Shown one piece after another: positions 1 to 7,608 of a stretch of 64,000 nt of DNA. A model generated the notes under the pieces. That model did no database searches and was not told the origin of the DNA. It saw only the letters and a program-made list of their open reading frames with translations. The position numbers and the translations under genes are program-made. The stretch is from NCBI GenBank assembly GCA_029976025.1, contig JARKNX010000036.1:70353-134352 (forward strand), given 5' to 3'. How positions within the stretch are numbered: position 1 is the stretch's first letter; every line of letters starts with the position of its first letter. The DNA comes from Aggregatilineales bacterium. GTDB lineage: Bacteria; Chloroflexota; Anaerolineae; Aggregatilineales; Ch27.

Positions 1-1330
1 TTGCTCCACGGATGGCCCAGGCCAGAATGCCTACACTCTCCCTTGCTAGAGTTACCGCTAACACCGGATCGCGCTCCTCTGCCCTGAATGACCTGGTGAA
101 AGGAATCAGGTGGACCCTTCGCCACATTCCTTCGTCATCGCTCGTGATCACTGGCTTATGATTAGCGGCCAGCCACAGCTTGAAAACAGGCACGAAGGTG
201 ACACTGTACCGGTCATAGAGCCGGCGCGCTGTGATCGGATCGCTACCGGTGATAGCCTTGACTCGCGCTTCATTGAGCCGCGCGCCTTCATTTGTTTCAC
301 TCGATAACACCAAACGTCGACCGCGCAGATCAAGCAACTCCTGGCCGCTGGAGGACTGCTTGTTGTATTCGAACGTGTTGAAGGGGGCATTGGCCGCGTA
401 GTCTCCGGCAGTAGCCTTGAGGACGTTCAGAAACGTGCTCTTGCCATTGGCACCGGTGCCGCAACACAGGAAGAAGCACTGTTCGGAGACCTCGCCGGTC
501 AGGCTATAGCCTACCGCCCGCTGCATGAATGCGATAAGCTCCGTATTATTCCTGAAGATCTCCTGCATGAAGCGGTCAAACCGTGGACATTGGGCATCGG
601 GGAAATAAGGAAGGGTTGTACTCTTACTGATGTACTCATATCGCCTGCTGTCCCTCAAGAGGCCAGTCCGCAGGTCAACCACTCCATTCCTCACACCCAG
701 GACGTGCGGATCACTGTCGAATTGCTCTGCCGCCACAATCAGGGTTGCCTGGGTGCGAGCCATCTCCAGAGTGTTGATCAGCCTTGACCGATTTTCCGCT
801 AGGTCAGCCCAGGCGATGTGCTGCTCCTTCTTCCGCTGCAGGCTCTTCTGTTGGCTCTCATCTATCTGCTCAGGAATGGCCCGATTTCGTGCAGCCTTCT
901 GGCGTTCACGTGCTGCTTTCACGGCGTACTGCATCACAGCTTCGCGATCATCGTTTCGCCACCGCTGTCCCGACCAGATAAGCCACCCGATTCCCGGCAC
1001 ATAGCAGAGTGACTCTCGCCACAGCTCGGCGAAGGCTTCGCCCTGGCCGGCGTCGGAATAGGGATACGCATCAAGCTGGCGCAACGCTCTCTCATCCAGA
1101 TCGAGAGCAGCAGGGTAAAGTGGCCGTTCATCAGGGTTCAACTCATTCAGGGCCGGATCGGCGCTGGTCATGGCATCCCATGCCCGGCGAGCTGCTTCCG
1201 ATCCGTTAGTCGCATACTGCTCATAGAGAGCGGATATGGCATCCCAGTGGCCATTGAAGGCAACTGGGTCCGGCGCCTTCACCGGGCATCCTGACAATAT
1301 CCGCAGCACGAAGTCGGCTGTAGTTGGCAT
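1..1330 (-). CDS. Phage/plasmid primase P4-family C-terminal domain / D5-like SF3 helicase (3' end runs off the window)
   Basis: Absent from the ORF track because no stop lies in the window. Hand translation of the minus strand from ATG at 1330 (GGAGAG RBS just upstream) stays open to position 1. It contains DAGQGEAFAELW, CPRFDRFMQEIF..LIAFMQRAVGYSLTG and Walker A CCGTGANGKSTFLNVL (around 420-470), the motif order typical of P4/D5 primase-helicases. Confidence 0.85.
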   Translation of the reverse strand, partial: MPTTADFVLRILSGCPVKAPDPVAFNGHWDAISALYEQYATNGSEAARRAWDAMTSADPALNELNPDERPLYPAALDLDERALRQLDAYPYSDAGQGEAFAELWRESLCYVPGIGWLIWSGQRWRNDDREAVMQYAVKAARERQKAARNRAIPEQIDESQQKSLQRKKEQHIAWADLAENRSRLINTLEMARTQATLIVAAEQFDSDPHVLGVRNGVVDLRTGLLRDSRRYEYISKSTTLPYFPDAQCPRFDRFMQEIFRNNTELIAFMQRAVGYSLTGEVSEQCFFLCCGTGANGKSTFLNVLKATAGDYAANAPFNTFEYNKQSSSGQELLDLRGRRLVLSSETNEGARLNEARVKAITGSDPITARRLYDRYSVTFVPVFKLWLAANHKPVITSDDEGMWRRVHLIPFTRSFRAEERDPVLAVTLARESVGILAWAIRGA

Positions 1331-1363
1331 AGACTCTCCTTCTTCTTTGTTGCCTACGGCCAT

Positions 1364-1564
1364 CTATACTGCATCGTCATGGCGTACAGGATGCTCGAAA
1401 TACTGGCGAGCCATTTCCAGCAGGACGTGGCGCACAACATGTGAAGTTGTCACTTCTAGCGCACTGGCCAGCGCCTTGATCTCCCGCATTTCCTGGGCGG
1501 TCATGCGCACGGTGAGTATCTCAGTACGGGGCAGGGTCCTTGTTGGCAGAGTGATGTTTGTCAT
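1364..1564 (-). CDS. Small ribbon-helix-helix (CopG/MetJ-like) DNA-binding protein
   Basis: 66-aa ORF immediately upstream of and co-oriented with the primase-helicase. LTVRMTAQEMREIKALASALEVTTSHVVRHVLLE fits a beta-strand/helix/helix RHH pattern. Confidence 0.55.
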   Translation of the reverse strand: MTNITLPTRTLPRTEILTVRMTAQEMREIKALASALEVTTSHVVRHVLLEMARQYFEHPVRHDDAV

Positions 1565-1688
1565 ACTTGGCGCCTTTCGACTGTGGTACAGTTGAACACC
1601 ACAACGATACAGTCACGGGCTGGCAAAAGGCTCGAGGTTTTCTTCGCAGGTTTTTCGAATCTGTTGCATCCAGAGGGAGTGACTCTCA

Positions 1689-2648
1689 GTGGATAGCGCC
1701 TATGTCTTGGAACTGAGAAAGTCGTTCAAAGGCAGAACTGACGCGGAAGTTGCTGAGACTGTTAGGGAACGACTCCAGTCGCCTACCAAGTATAACGCTC
1801 TGTGGTTTGAACTGATCGCAGAGGTAAGTTTCACCAGAGTGCGGGAGACCTTCATCAACAAGCCAGGTACTGCCAAGTGGTGGATCGCCTTTGCAGTCAG
1901 ATACTTGGAGCCCGCGCTGAGCGGCAAAGAAAAACCGGTCACTGAGATCGATCTGGGCGATGTTCTGAATGACCTGTCAGAAGACCAGGTTGCTCTGCTG
2001 CTCTATGGCACACACGGGGATTTCTTACTGGCTGTGAAGAACTGGAAGCAGATGTGTTTTGACCTGTCTGATCCTGAGGGCAGCAAGAAAGCTCTGATCG
2101 ACAAAGTGCGAGAACATGAAATGCGTGAGTCAAGGACTCTCGTGGAGTGGACTTACAGGGTTACCAGGCGGCTGGGGCTTGAAATGGCCCGGCTGCTGAT
2201 CGAACCTGAAGTGTCGTTCAGCGCGGGATCTGGGGGGACGCACCAGGAGTACCTGGCCAGCAGCATTGGCGGTTATCTTGCCGAATTCGAGTCCTACATG
2301 CATTCCAAGCCTTATCCAGTGAGGATGCAGGCGATAGCATTCTACAATGAGCTCAATGCAAGGATGAAGCTCGACACACTGTATGAGGCGTGGATAGGGA
2401 AGCAAGACTGGCTGTTCAGGGGAATACCCGTTCTCGGGATGATCGTCCTGATAGCCAGTCGCACTGGGAGAAGCGGCCAGTCCAGGATCGCCAGGCTTCT
2501 TGTCCCCCTGACCAGCTTGATGATCAGCGGGCCGCTCATAGCCAGACTCTTACTTGAATTCAATCGGGGCATGGGGCAGAACAACACGCTGGTCTGGTGT
2601 CGCTCCGCTCTGGACACGCTTCAGCAGATCGAGATTGAAAGCGGGTAG
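1689..2648 (+). CDS. Hypothetical protein with hydrophobic C-terminal segments
   Basis: 319-aa ORF (GTG start) divergent from the RHH gene. No motif recognised. The C-terminal stretches GIPVLGMIVLIAS and LLVPLTSLMISGPLIARLLL look membrane-spanning. Confidence 0.5.
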   Translation: MDSAYVLELRKSFKGRTDAEVAETVRERLQSPTKYNALWFELIAEVSFTRVRETFINKPGTAKWWIAFAVRYLEPALSGKEKPVTEIDLGDVLNDLSEDQVALLLYGTHGDFLLAVKNWKQMCFDLSDPEGSKKALIDKVREHEMRESRTLVEWTYRVTRRLGLEMARLLIEPEVSFSAGSGGTHQEYLASSIGGYLAEFESYMHSKPYPVRMQAIAFYNELNARMKLDTLYEAWIGKQDWLFRGIPVLGMIVLIASRTGRSGQSRIARLLVPLTSLMISGPLIARLLLEFNRGMGQNNTLVWCRSALDTLQQIEIESG

Positions 2649-2710
2649 GTCTCTTTTCTATGTCTCTGTATTACAGCACAATGGGCATCGTGATCAGGGA
2701 GGTAACCGCG

Positions 2711-2965
2711 ATGCCCAGGAAAAGACCCGGACCGCCAATCCAGAGCCAGGGCTGGCTAGTTATCTGCCGGCCCAGGAAGGGCAGCCTCACGCTGCGCCTT
2801 CGCTATTCCACGCCAGAAGGCAGGAAGGAAGTCTGGCTGGGCTATCTGTACATCTCCAACACCCCTGTTTTGGATACTATCCTGAGCAGTACCGGCAAGC
2901 TCAGCGTGGATGAACTTATGCGGATTCGCGATTGCGACAAGTCGTGGAGCCGGATACACCCCTAG
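2711..2965 (+). CDS. Hypothetical small protein
   Basis: An internal ATG at 2711 in the 2660..2965 ORF is preceded by GGGAGG about 8 nt upstream. No recognisable domain. Confidence 0.4.
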   Translation: MPRKRPGPPIQSQGWLVICRPRKGSLTLRLRYSTPEGRKEVWLGYLYISNTPVLDTILSSTGKLSVDELMRIRDCDKSWSRIHP

Positions 2966-3153
2966 AAATCACACCGGTGGCCGCACACACACGCCCCAGG
3001 TCACTGAGTCACCCGGTTTATGCCCCCTTCCCGATAGTTAGGTTCTGCTAACTGTAGTTCAGTTCTCAGTGATAAGATAAAGGATGTTATTCCCAGCCAG
3101 TAGTTGGATGTTGTATACTGAGCTGTAAGTTAGTTCAGACATAGCAGGAATCG

Positions 3154-3274
3154 ATGACCGAAATTGACTACAACGAAGCACAAACGCGTACTCGCTACAT
3201 TACACCCAAGATCGTTGAGGCTGGTTGGGACAATCAGCCCCACACATTCCGGGAAGAAGTTACATTCACTGATG
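3154..3274 (+). pseudogene. hsdR: N-terminal stub of a type I restriction enzyme R subunit (HsdR_N-like), truncated by IS insertion
   Basis: ATG at 3154 gives MTEIDYNEAQTRTRYITPKIVEAGWDNQPHTFREEVTFTD. This matches the conserved HsdR N-terminal pattern (EA-TR..I.P.L..AGW....I.RE..FT.G). The reading frame ends exactly at the IS inverted repeat at 3275. Confidence 0.6.
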
Positions 3275-3337
3275 TGACCTTACCCCAGTTTGGCGGACAG
3301 CAGAAATGTCCGATAGACTGAGGGTAAGGAGAGAACG

Positions 3338-3622
3338 ATGGGCTACAAGAGATACAGCGACGAGTTCAAACGGGATGTGCTGGCGATGGTGGCGGAAGGC
3401 AGCCGCAGCGTGGCCCAGTTGGAGCGTGATCTGGGGATCACAGCGGGACTGGTCTACAAGTGGCAGCAGCGCTACCGGGTGAAAGATGACAGCCTGCAAC
3501 CGAGTGAGGAACGGGCGGAACAAGCCGAGTTGCGACGACTGCGGCGGGAGCTGGAGGTCGTCCGGCAGGAGCGGGACATCCTAAAAAAAGCCATTCAGGT
3601 GTTCTCGCGGGGGGAGTTGTGA
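3338..3622 (+). CDS. IS3-family transposase OrfA (HTH)
   Basis: 94 aa. YSDEFKRDVLAMVAEGSRSVAQLERDLGITAGLVYKWQQRY is an HTH, followed by a leucine-zipper-like tail (LRRLRRELEVVRQERDILKKA) typical of IS3 OrfA. Confidence 0.9.
   Translation: MGYKRYSDEFKRDVLAMVAEGSRSVAQLERDLGITAGLVYKWQQRYRVKDDSLQPSEERAEQAELRRLRRELEVVRQERDILKKAIQVFSRGEL
3583..3590 (+). promoter_or_regulatory. Putative programmed -1 ribosomal frameshift site (AAAAAAAG) of the IS3 element
   Basis: An A7 run followed by G at 3583..3590 lies inside the orfA 3' end, just upstream of the orfA/orfB overlap. A AAA AAG is the classic IS3-family slippery heptamer. Confidence 0.6.
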
Positions 3623-4473
3623 GCCGCTACCGTTTCATCGCCGAAGAGCGTGCTCATTATGCGGTACGGCGGTTGTGCGCGGTGCTGCAGGTTTCAGCCA
3701 GCGGCTTCTATGACTGGCTGAAACGAACACCGAGCCGCCGTGCCGAGACCAACGCGGCCTTGTCGGACCGCATCCGACAGGTGCATGAGCGCAGCCACCA
3801 GACCTATGGCTATCTGCGGGTTCATGCCGAGCTGTGTGCCAACGGCGAGCGTGTGGGCAAACATCGCGTCGCCCGCCTGATGCGCCAGATGGCGCTGCGA
3901 ACCAGGGGGCAGCGGCGTTTTCGGGTGACAACGCAGCGCGATGCCCGCCATCGTCGTGCACCGAACCTACTCAACGGTGATTTCAAGGCCACACGTCCTC
4001 ATGACAAATGGCTCTCCGACATCACCTACATCCCAACCAACGAGGGCTGGTTGTATCTGGCTGGCATCCAGGATGCTTTTTCCCGTCGGATCGTCGGCTG
4101 GTCGTTGAGTGAGCGCCTGACCAAAGCCCTGGTCTGCGCGGCCTGGCGTATGGCGGTGGGGCGGCATGGCACACCGCGCCTGCACCACTCCGACCAGGGC
4201 AGTCAGTACACCAGTGACGACTACCTGAAGCTGCTGGAAGCGGCTGACGTGCAGATCAGCATGAGCGCTGTGGGACGCTGCTACGACAATGCCATGCAGG
4301 AAAGCTTCTGGGGTACATTGAAAACCGAGTGTGCTGACCGTCCGTTTCCTTCACGCGGCGCGGCCCGCAGGGCGATCTTCGAGTACATCGAAATCTGGTA
4401 CAACCGTCAGCGGCGGCATTCAGCACTGGGTTATCTCAGCCCCGCCCAGTACGAGCTGCTTGCCTGCCCCTGA
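3619..4473 (+). CDS. IS3-family transposase OrfB (DDE/integrase core domain)
   Basis: 284 aa. WLSDITYIPT, HHSDQGSQYTS and the C-terminal YNRQRRHSALGYLSPAQYE are canonical rve/DDE integrase-core motifs. Normally expressed as an OrfAB fusion by -1 frameshifting. Confidence 0.9.
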   Translation: MSRYRFIAEERAHYAVRRLCAVLQVSASGFYDWLKRTPSRRAETNAALSDRIRQVHERSHQTYGYLRVHAELCANGERVGKHRVARLMRQMALRTRGQRRFRVTTQRDARHRRAPNLLNGDFKATRPHDKWLSDITYIPTNEGWLYLAGIQDAFSRRIVGWSLSERLTKALVCAAWRMAVGRHGTPRLHHSDQGSQYTSDDYLKLLEAADVQISMSAVGRCYDNAMQESFWGTLKTECADRPFPSRGAARRAIFEYIEIWYNRQRRHSALGYLSPAQYELLACP

Positions 4474-4509
4474 CATTCTTTCTGTCCGTCAAATCGGGGT
4501 AGGGTCATT

Positions 4510-4743
4510 AGCCAGAACGCAAAGGGAAGTAGTCCGACGATGAAAAAAGTCTCTCAAAAGACAGTGATGTCTATTCCTTTCCCTAAATTGATTCCACTAT
4601 CTGAACAACGTGAGATCATCGCCTTCCTTGATGCCCTCAAGTTTCGTATCAATGAACTAGAGCAGCTTCAGGCCGCCACGACCGCCGAACTTGACGCGCT
4701 GCTGCCCTCCATCCTGGACAGGGCGTTCAAAGGGGAGTTGTAG
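4510..4743 (+). pseudogene. hsdS: C-terminal stub of a type I R-M specificity subunit (HsdS), truncated by the IS
   Basis: The frame is open from the IS right end: SQNAKGSSPTMKKVSQKTVMSIPFPKLIPLSEQREIIAFLDALKFRINELEQLQAATTAELDALLPSILDRAFKGEL. The pattern (P.L.EQ..I..L...coiled coil...L..S.L..AF.GEL) is the conserved HsdS C-terminus. Confidence 0.65.
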
Positions 4744-4777
4744 TTGCTTCTATAGTCCCGCTCAGAAAGACCATACC

Positions 4778-5545
4778 ATGTTTCTGATGTATGTCGATGA
4801 AAGTGGTGACGCTGGGTTGGTGAATTCCCCGACACGCTACTTCGTGTTATCTGGTCTGGTGCTTCACGAGTTGCGTTGGGCGGATTATCTGGACCAGTTG
4901 ATCGATTTTCGGCGCTATCTTCGGCAAGAGTACGATCTCAAGCTCCGGGAAGAACTCCATGCTTCAGCCTTGATAAACAACCCCGGTCCACTGTTCCGGA
5001 TCAGGCGCCATGACAGGTTAGCGATCATGAGACTCTTTGCTGACCAACTGGCCGGTATGAAGGACTTCAGCCTCATCAATATCGTTGTTGACAAGCAATC
5101 GAAGACAGTCGGTTATGACCCATTTGAGGTTGCGTGGAAGGCACTAATCCAGAGGTTTGAGAACACGATCTCGCATAAGAACTTCCCAGGGCCGACAAAT
5201 CCTGATGAGCGTGGCTTGTTGATTCCTGACGCGACAGACGACAAGAAGCTGGTATCTCTGATAAGAAGAATGAGACGCTACAATCCGATACCGAATCAGG
5301 CGCAATATGGTATAGGATCACGCAACCTGAGACTCCAGACGGTGATTGAAGACCCGTTCCTGAAGGATTCGGCACACTCATTCTTCATACAGGCAGCAGA
5401 CCTCGCCGCATACTTGCTATATCAGAATCTGGTTCCCAATAGCTATATTCGGAAAAAGGGAGGTCAGAACTACTTTAGTCGTCTGGAACCCATACTGTGC
5501 AAGGTGGCTTCTTCGAGCGATCCATTGGGGATTGTACGCCTATAA
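4778..5545 (+). CDS. DUF3800 domain-containing protein
   Basis: The internal ATG at 4778 gives MFLMYVDESGDAGLVNSPTRYFVLSGLVLHE. The YVDESGD start and later FIQAADLAAY match DUF3800 family signatures. The 5' extension in the ORF track (from 4691) overlaps the hsdS stub and is unlikely to be translated. Confidence 0.75.
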   Translation: MFLMYVDESGDAGLVNSPTRYFVLSGLVLHELRWADYLDQLIDFRRYLRQEYDLKLREELHASALINNPGPLFRIRRHDRLAIMRLFADQLAGMKDFSLINIVVDKQSKTVGYDPFEVAWKALIQRFENTISHKNFPGPTNPDERGLLIPDATDDKKLVSLIRRMRRYNPIPNQAQYGIGSRNLRLQTVIEDPFLKDSAHSFFIQAADLAAYLLYQNLVPNSYIRKKGGQNYFSRLEPILCKVASSSDPLGIVRL

Positions 5546-5554
5546 AAAGGATAA

Positions 5555-5572
5555 GGGGGCGTTTCCGCCCCC
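5555..5572 (+). terminator. GC-rich hairpin downstream of the DUF3800 gene (terminator-like, no U-tract)
   Basis: GGGGGCG-TTTC-CGCCCCC is a perfect 7-bp stem 10 nt after the stop at 5545. No T-run follows, so its function as an intrinsic terminator is uncertain. Confidence 0.4.
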
Positions 5573-6312
5573 GGTTGAATCCTACTACTCAGACGAGCTG
5601 AGGTTCAGATTCACATTCAGTATAGCACGAATTCGTGTTATGGACTCAATTTGTCACAAACTCATTCGCACTGAAAGATCGTGATTATCGTCCTGCCTGG
5701 TCTCCAGTTACAGTACGCAGGAGCACATCAGAGGACACAATGAACATTTCACGATCAACTCAGAATGCTTACCGGTGTCTTGTTCCTGTTGACCGCCCTT
5801 CCTACAGTAACAAACGCCTACTGGGCGACCTACTGGAGTATGGTTGATAACACGAGTGAACCCTGGGCAACAGCGGTCTCTTCGACAGAAACGCCCGTGC
5901 TGATAGTTGCAGGCCTGCTGCTCGCCGTTTTCAGCATTGCGATGTATGAGAGGCTCCAGCCTTGCGGCGGGCGGCCTATTGTGTGGGAGGGGTGTCGATT
6001 CTGCTGGGATACACTGCAAACCTGGTGGTAATCACTCCTGAGAAGGTGGCGCAGTGGCTGTTTGCCCTGTTGCCGTTCAGTATTTCTCTGGGTGTGTTGT
6101 ACACCATGAGGCGCCAGCTTGCGCATTACCTTGCAGCATGCCGGCAGATGCCTACGCAGTAGGTTATCTTGCCCATATAAAATTTTGAAGGGCTTCTGTA
6201 ATGCCGCAAAAACCCACCTATGTGTCATCTTATCCGCACTGGCCCCAGGGAATCGGCCTCTTGCTCCTGGGATGCTAGGCTTCTTTATTAGAGGTCTGAA
6301 TAAGAAGTAATC

Positions 6313-6720
6313 ATGGCCGCCAAGAAACAAGACAAGCGTAGGCCTTACAAGAAAATGCTGTCAGTCTTTGAGCTGGATGACAAGAGTCATCAGCGTCAAG
6401 ACCGCCGCGAGCGTGATGCCTTCGTGGATCAGGTTTTCAAGGCGGCTGGTCTGCCGCTGCTCCATGTACCGGCCAGACGCGGATATGTGGCTGCAGACCT
6501 TGCTGCCAATCTCGCGCCATTTATCGGTGGCATAGCACCCTCATCTGTCCCTGCAGAAGCTCCTGACCAGCCAGTTTCTACAGAGAAATCACCACAGTGC
6601 CCGAAGTGTGGCGACGAGATGATATTGAGAATAGCCAGGAGCGGAGCGAATGCTGGCAGCCGTTTCTGGGGCTGTTCAAACTATCCTACCTGTCGCGCGA
6701 TTCTGCCGCATCAAGGGTAA
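6313..6720 (+). CDS. 5'-truncated DUF2726-like protein fused to a topoisomerase-type C4 zinc ribbon
   Basis: FELDDKSHQRQDRRERDAFVDQVFKAAGLPLLHV resembles only the C-terminal half of DUF2726 domains. The C-terminus CPKCGDEMILRIARSGANAGSRFWGCSNYPTC is a zf-C4 topoisomerase-like ribbon. The N-terminal part expected for DUF2726 is missing. Confidence 0.6.
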   Translation: MAAKKQDKRRPYKKMLSVFELDDKSHQRQDRRERDAFVDQVFKAAGLPLLHVPARRGYVAADLAANLAPFIGGIAPSSVPAEAPDQPVSTEKSPQCPKCGDEMILRIARSGANAGSRFWGCSNYPTCRAILPHQG

Positions 6721-6812
6721 CTCAGACATAGGAAGAGCCGAAACGCTGACGAATAGGCTGTGGCCGTTATAGATTCACAATTCCCGGCACCAACATAGTC
6801 AGGAATCTGCGC

Positions 6813-7053
6813 CGCTACTATCCCCGATTCGTGGTGTGGACTACACTATCTTGTGGGGGCCAAAGAACGCGAAGACGCCGATGTAATCAAGAAGGATCGG
6901 GTCGCCGCTGTCTGGTCCGAAAGCGCCACATGGCTGACTGGGGTCGAATGGCGCTGTGTCAAAGTCATGCAGCGGAACTTTGAGCAGCTTGCTCCGGCCA
7001 CTTTTGAGGAGTGCGCCACGCTGGGCATGGTCCAGATGTCCATGTTCGCCTGA
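6813..7053 (+). pseudogene. Frameshifted C-terminal remnant of a restriction-enzyme Res/helicase-type protein
   Basis: One frame reads RYYPRFVVW (like the Y.PDF.V motif). A shifted frame then reads LVGAKEREDADVIKKDRVAAVWSESATWLTGVEWRCVKVMQRNFEQL (like ..E.KG.ED.D...K..AA..W.....G.W.Y..V....F, the C-terminus of type III/type I R-subunit-like proteins). There is no upstream helicase body. Confidence 0.4.
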
Positions 7054-7146
7054 GGTGTCGCGTTTCCGTGCAGCAGTGGGGGCGGGGTGTATCGGTGGTT
7101 ACAGGAAAACGGCCTGGACTTCAAATACACTATTGGGAGGTCCGTC

Positions 7147-7485
7147 ATGGAGGATCGGAAGTCAAGCAGGGAGTACCTGTTTCGAGTCACGAACGGCCAC
7201 AGCGAGTCCTGTGGCGTACCGCCCAGCATCGACGGAGACACACCGGGACATCGCTACAGCTACTTCCAGAATGAATATGGCGAGCAGTTCATCTTTGCTT
7301 ACAGCGTGGATGGTAAGCGTGGCTCCCTCTGGATGGGTGATGCTGGCTGGGAGCGTAGCTTCGATGTGGTGGACGGGTTTGTACCCGAGCTAGCGCTCTC
7401 GGAAACGGAGTTTCTGTGGCTGGCGGCCTGCTGGAAGGCCGCTACTGGGCAGCTCCCCACGGCGTCAAAAGGCGGCTCAGAGTAG
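7147..7485 (+). CDS. Hypothetical protein (112 aa)
   Basis: ATG at 7147 is preceded by GGGAGG 7 nt upstream (in frame with the 7087 ORF). No recognisable domain. It sits directly upstream of the NTPase-TPR gene, and a hairpin CGCCCCG..CGGGGCG follows the stop. Confidence 0.45.
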   Translation: MEDRKSSREYLFRVTNGHSESCGVPPSIDGDTPGHRYSYFQNEYGEQFIFAYSVDGKRGSLWMGDAGWERSFDVVDGFVPELALSETEFLWLAACWKAATGQLPTASKGGSE

Positions 7486-7608
7486 CTTGAACGCCCCGCT
7501 CAGCGCTGCACGGTAACGGGGCGCAACCCGTAACCGTGAGCATACCAGGGCCAGTGCTCCGCTTCGGTACTCATCAGCCCATAAGGCTCTAAGAAGCCGG
7601 ATAACGTA

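Larger units (their letters stand above)
3275..4507 (+). mobile_element. IS3-family insertion sequence, apparently intact (1233 bp)
   Basis: Terminal inverted repeats: TGACCTTACCCCAGTTTGGCGGACAGCAGAAATGTC at 3275 against the reverse complement of the right end, TGACCCTACCCCGATTTGACGGACAGAAAGAATGTC, ending at 4507. They start with TG and end with CA. The element has the orfA/orfB arrangement with an A7G slippery site. The flanking triplets differ (atg vs tta), so there is no target-site duplication. Confidence 0.9.

Noticed and set aside
5635-6330. Several short overlapping ORFs, including two hydrophobic ones (5765..6031 and 5962..6162) that could be one frameshifted small membrane protein
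   Set aside because: Hydrophobic stretches are the only evidence. There is no RBS, motif or conservation I can verify, and the 166-aa antisense ORF (5830..6330) is equally unconvincing.
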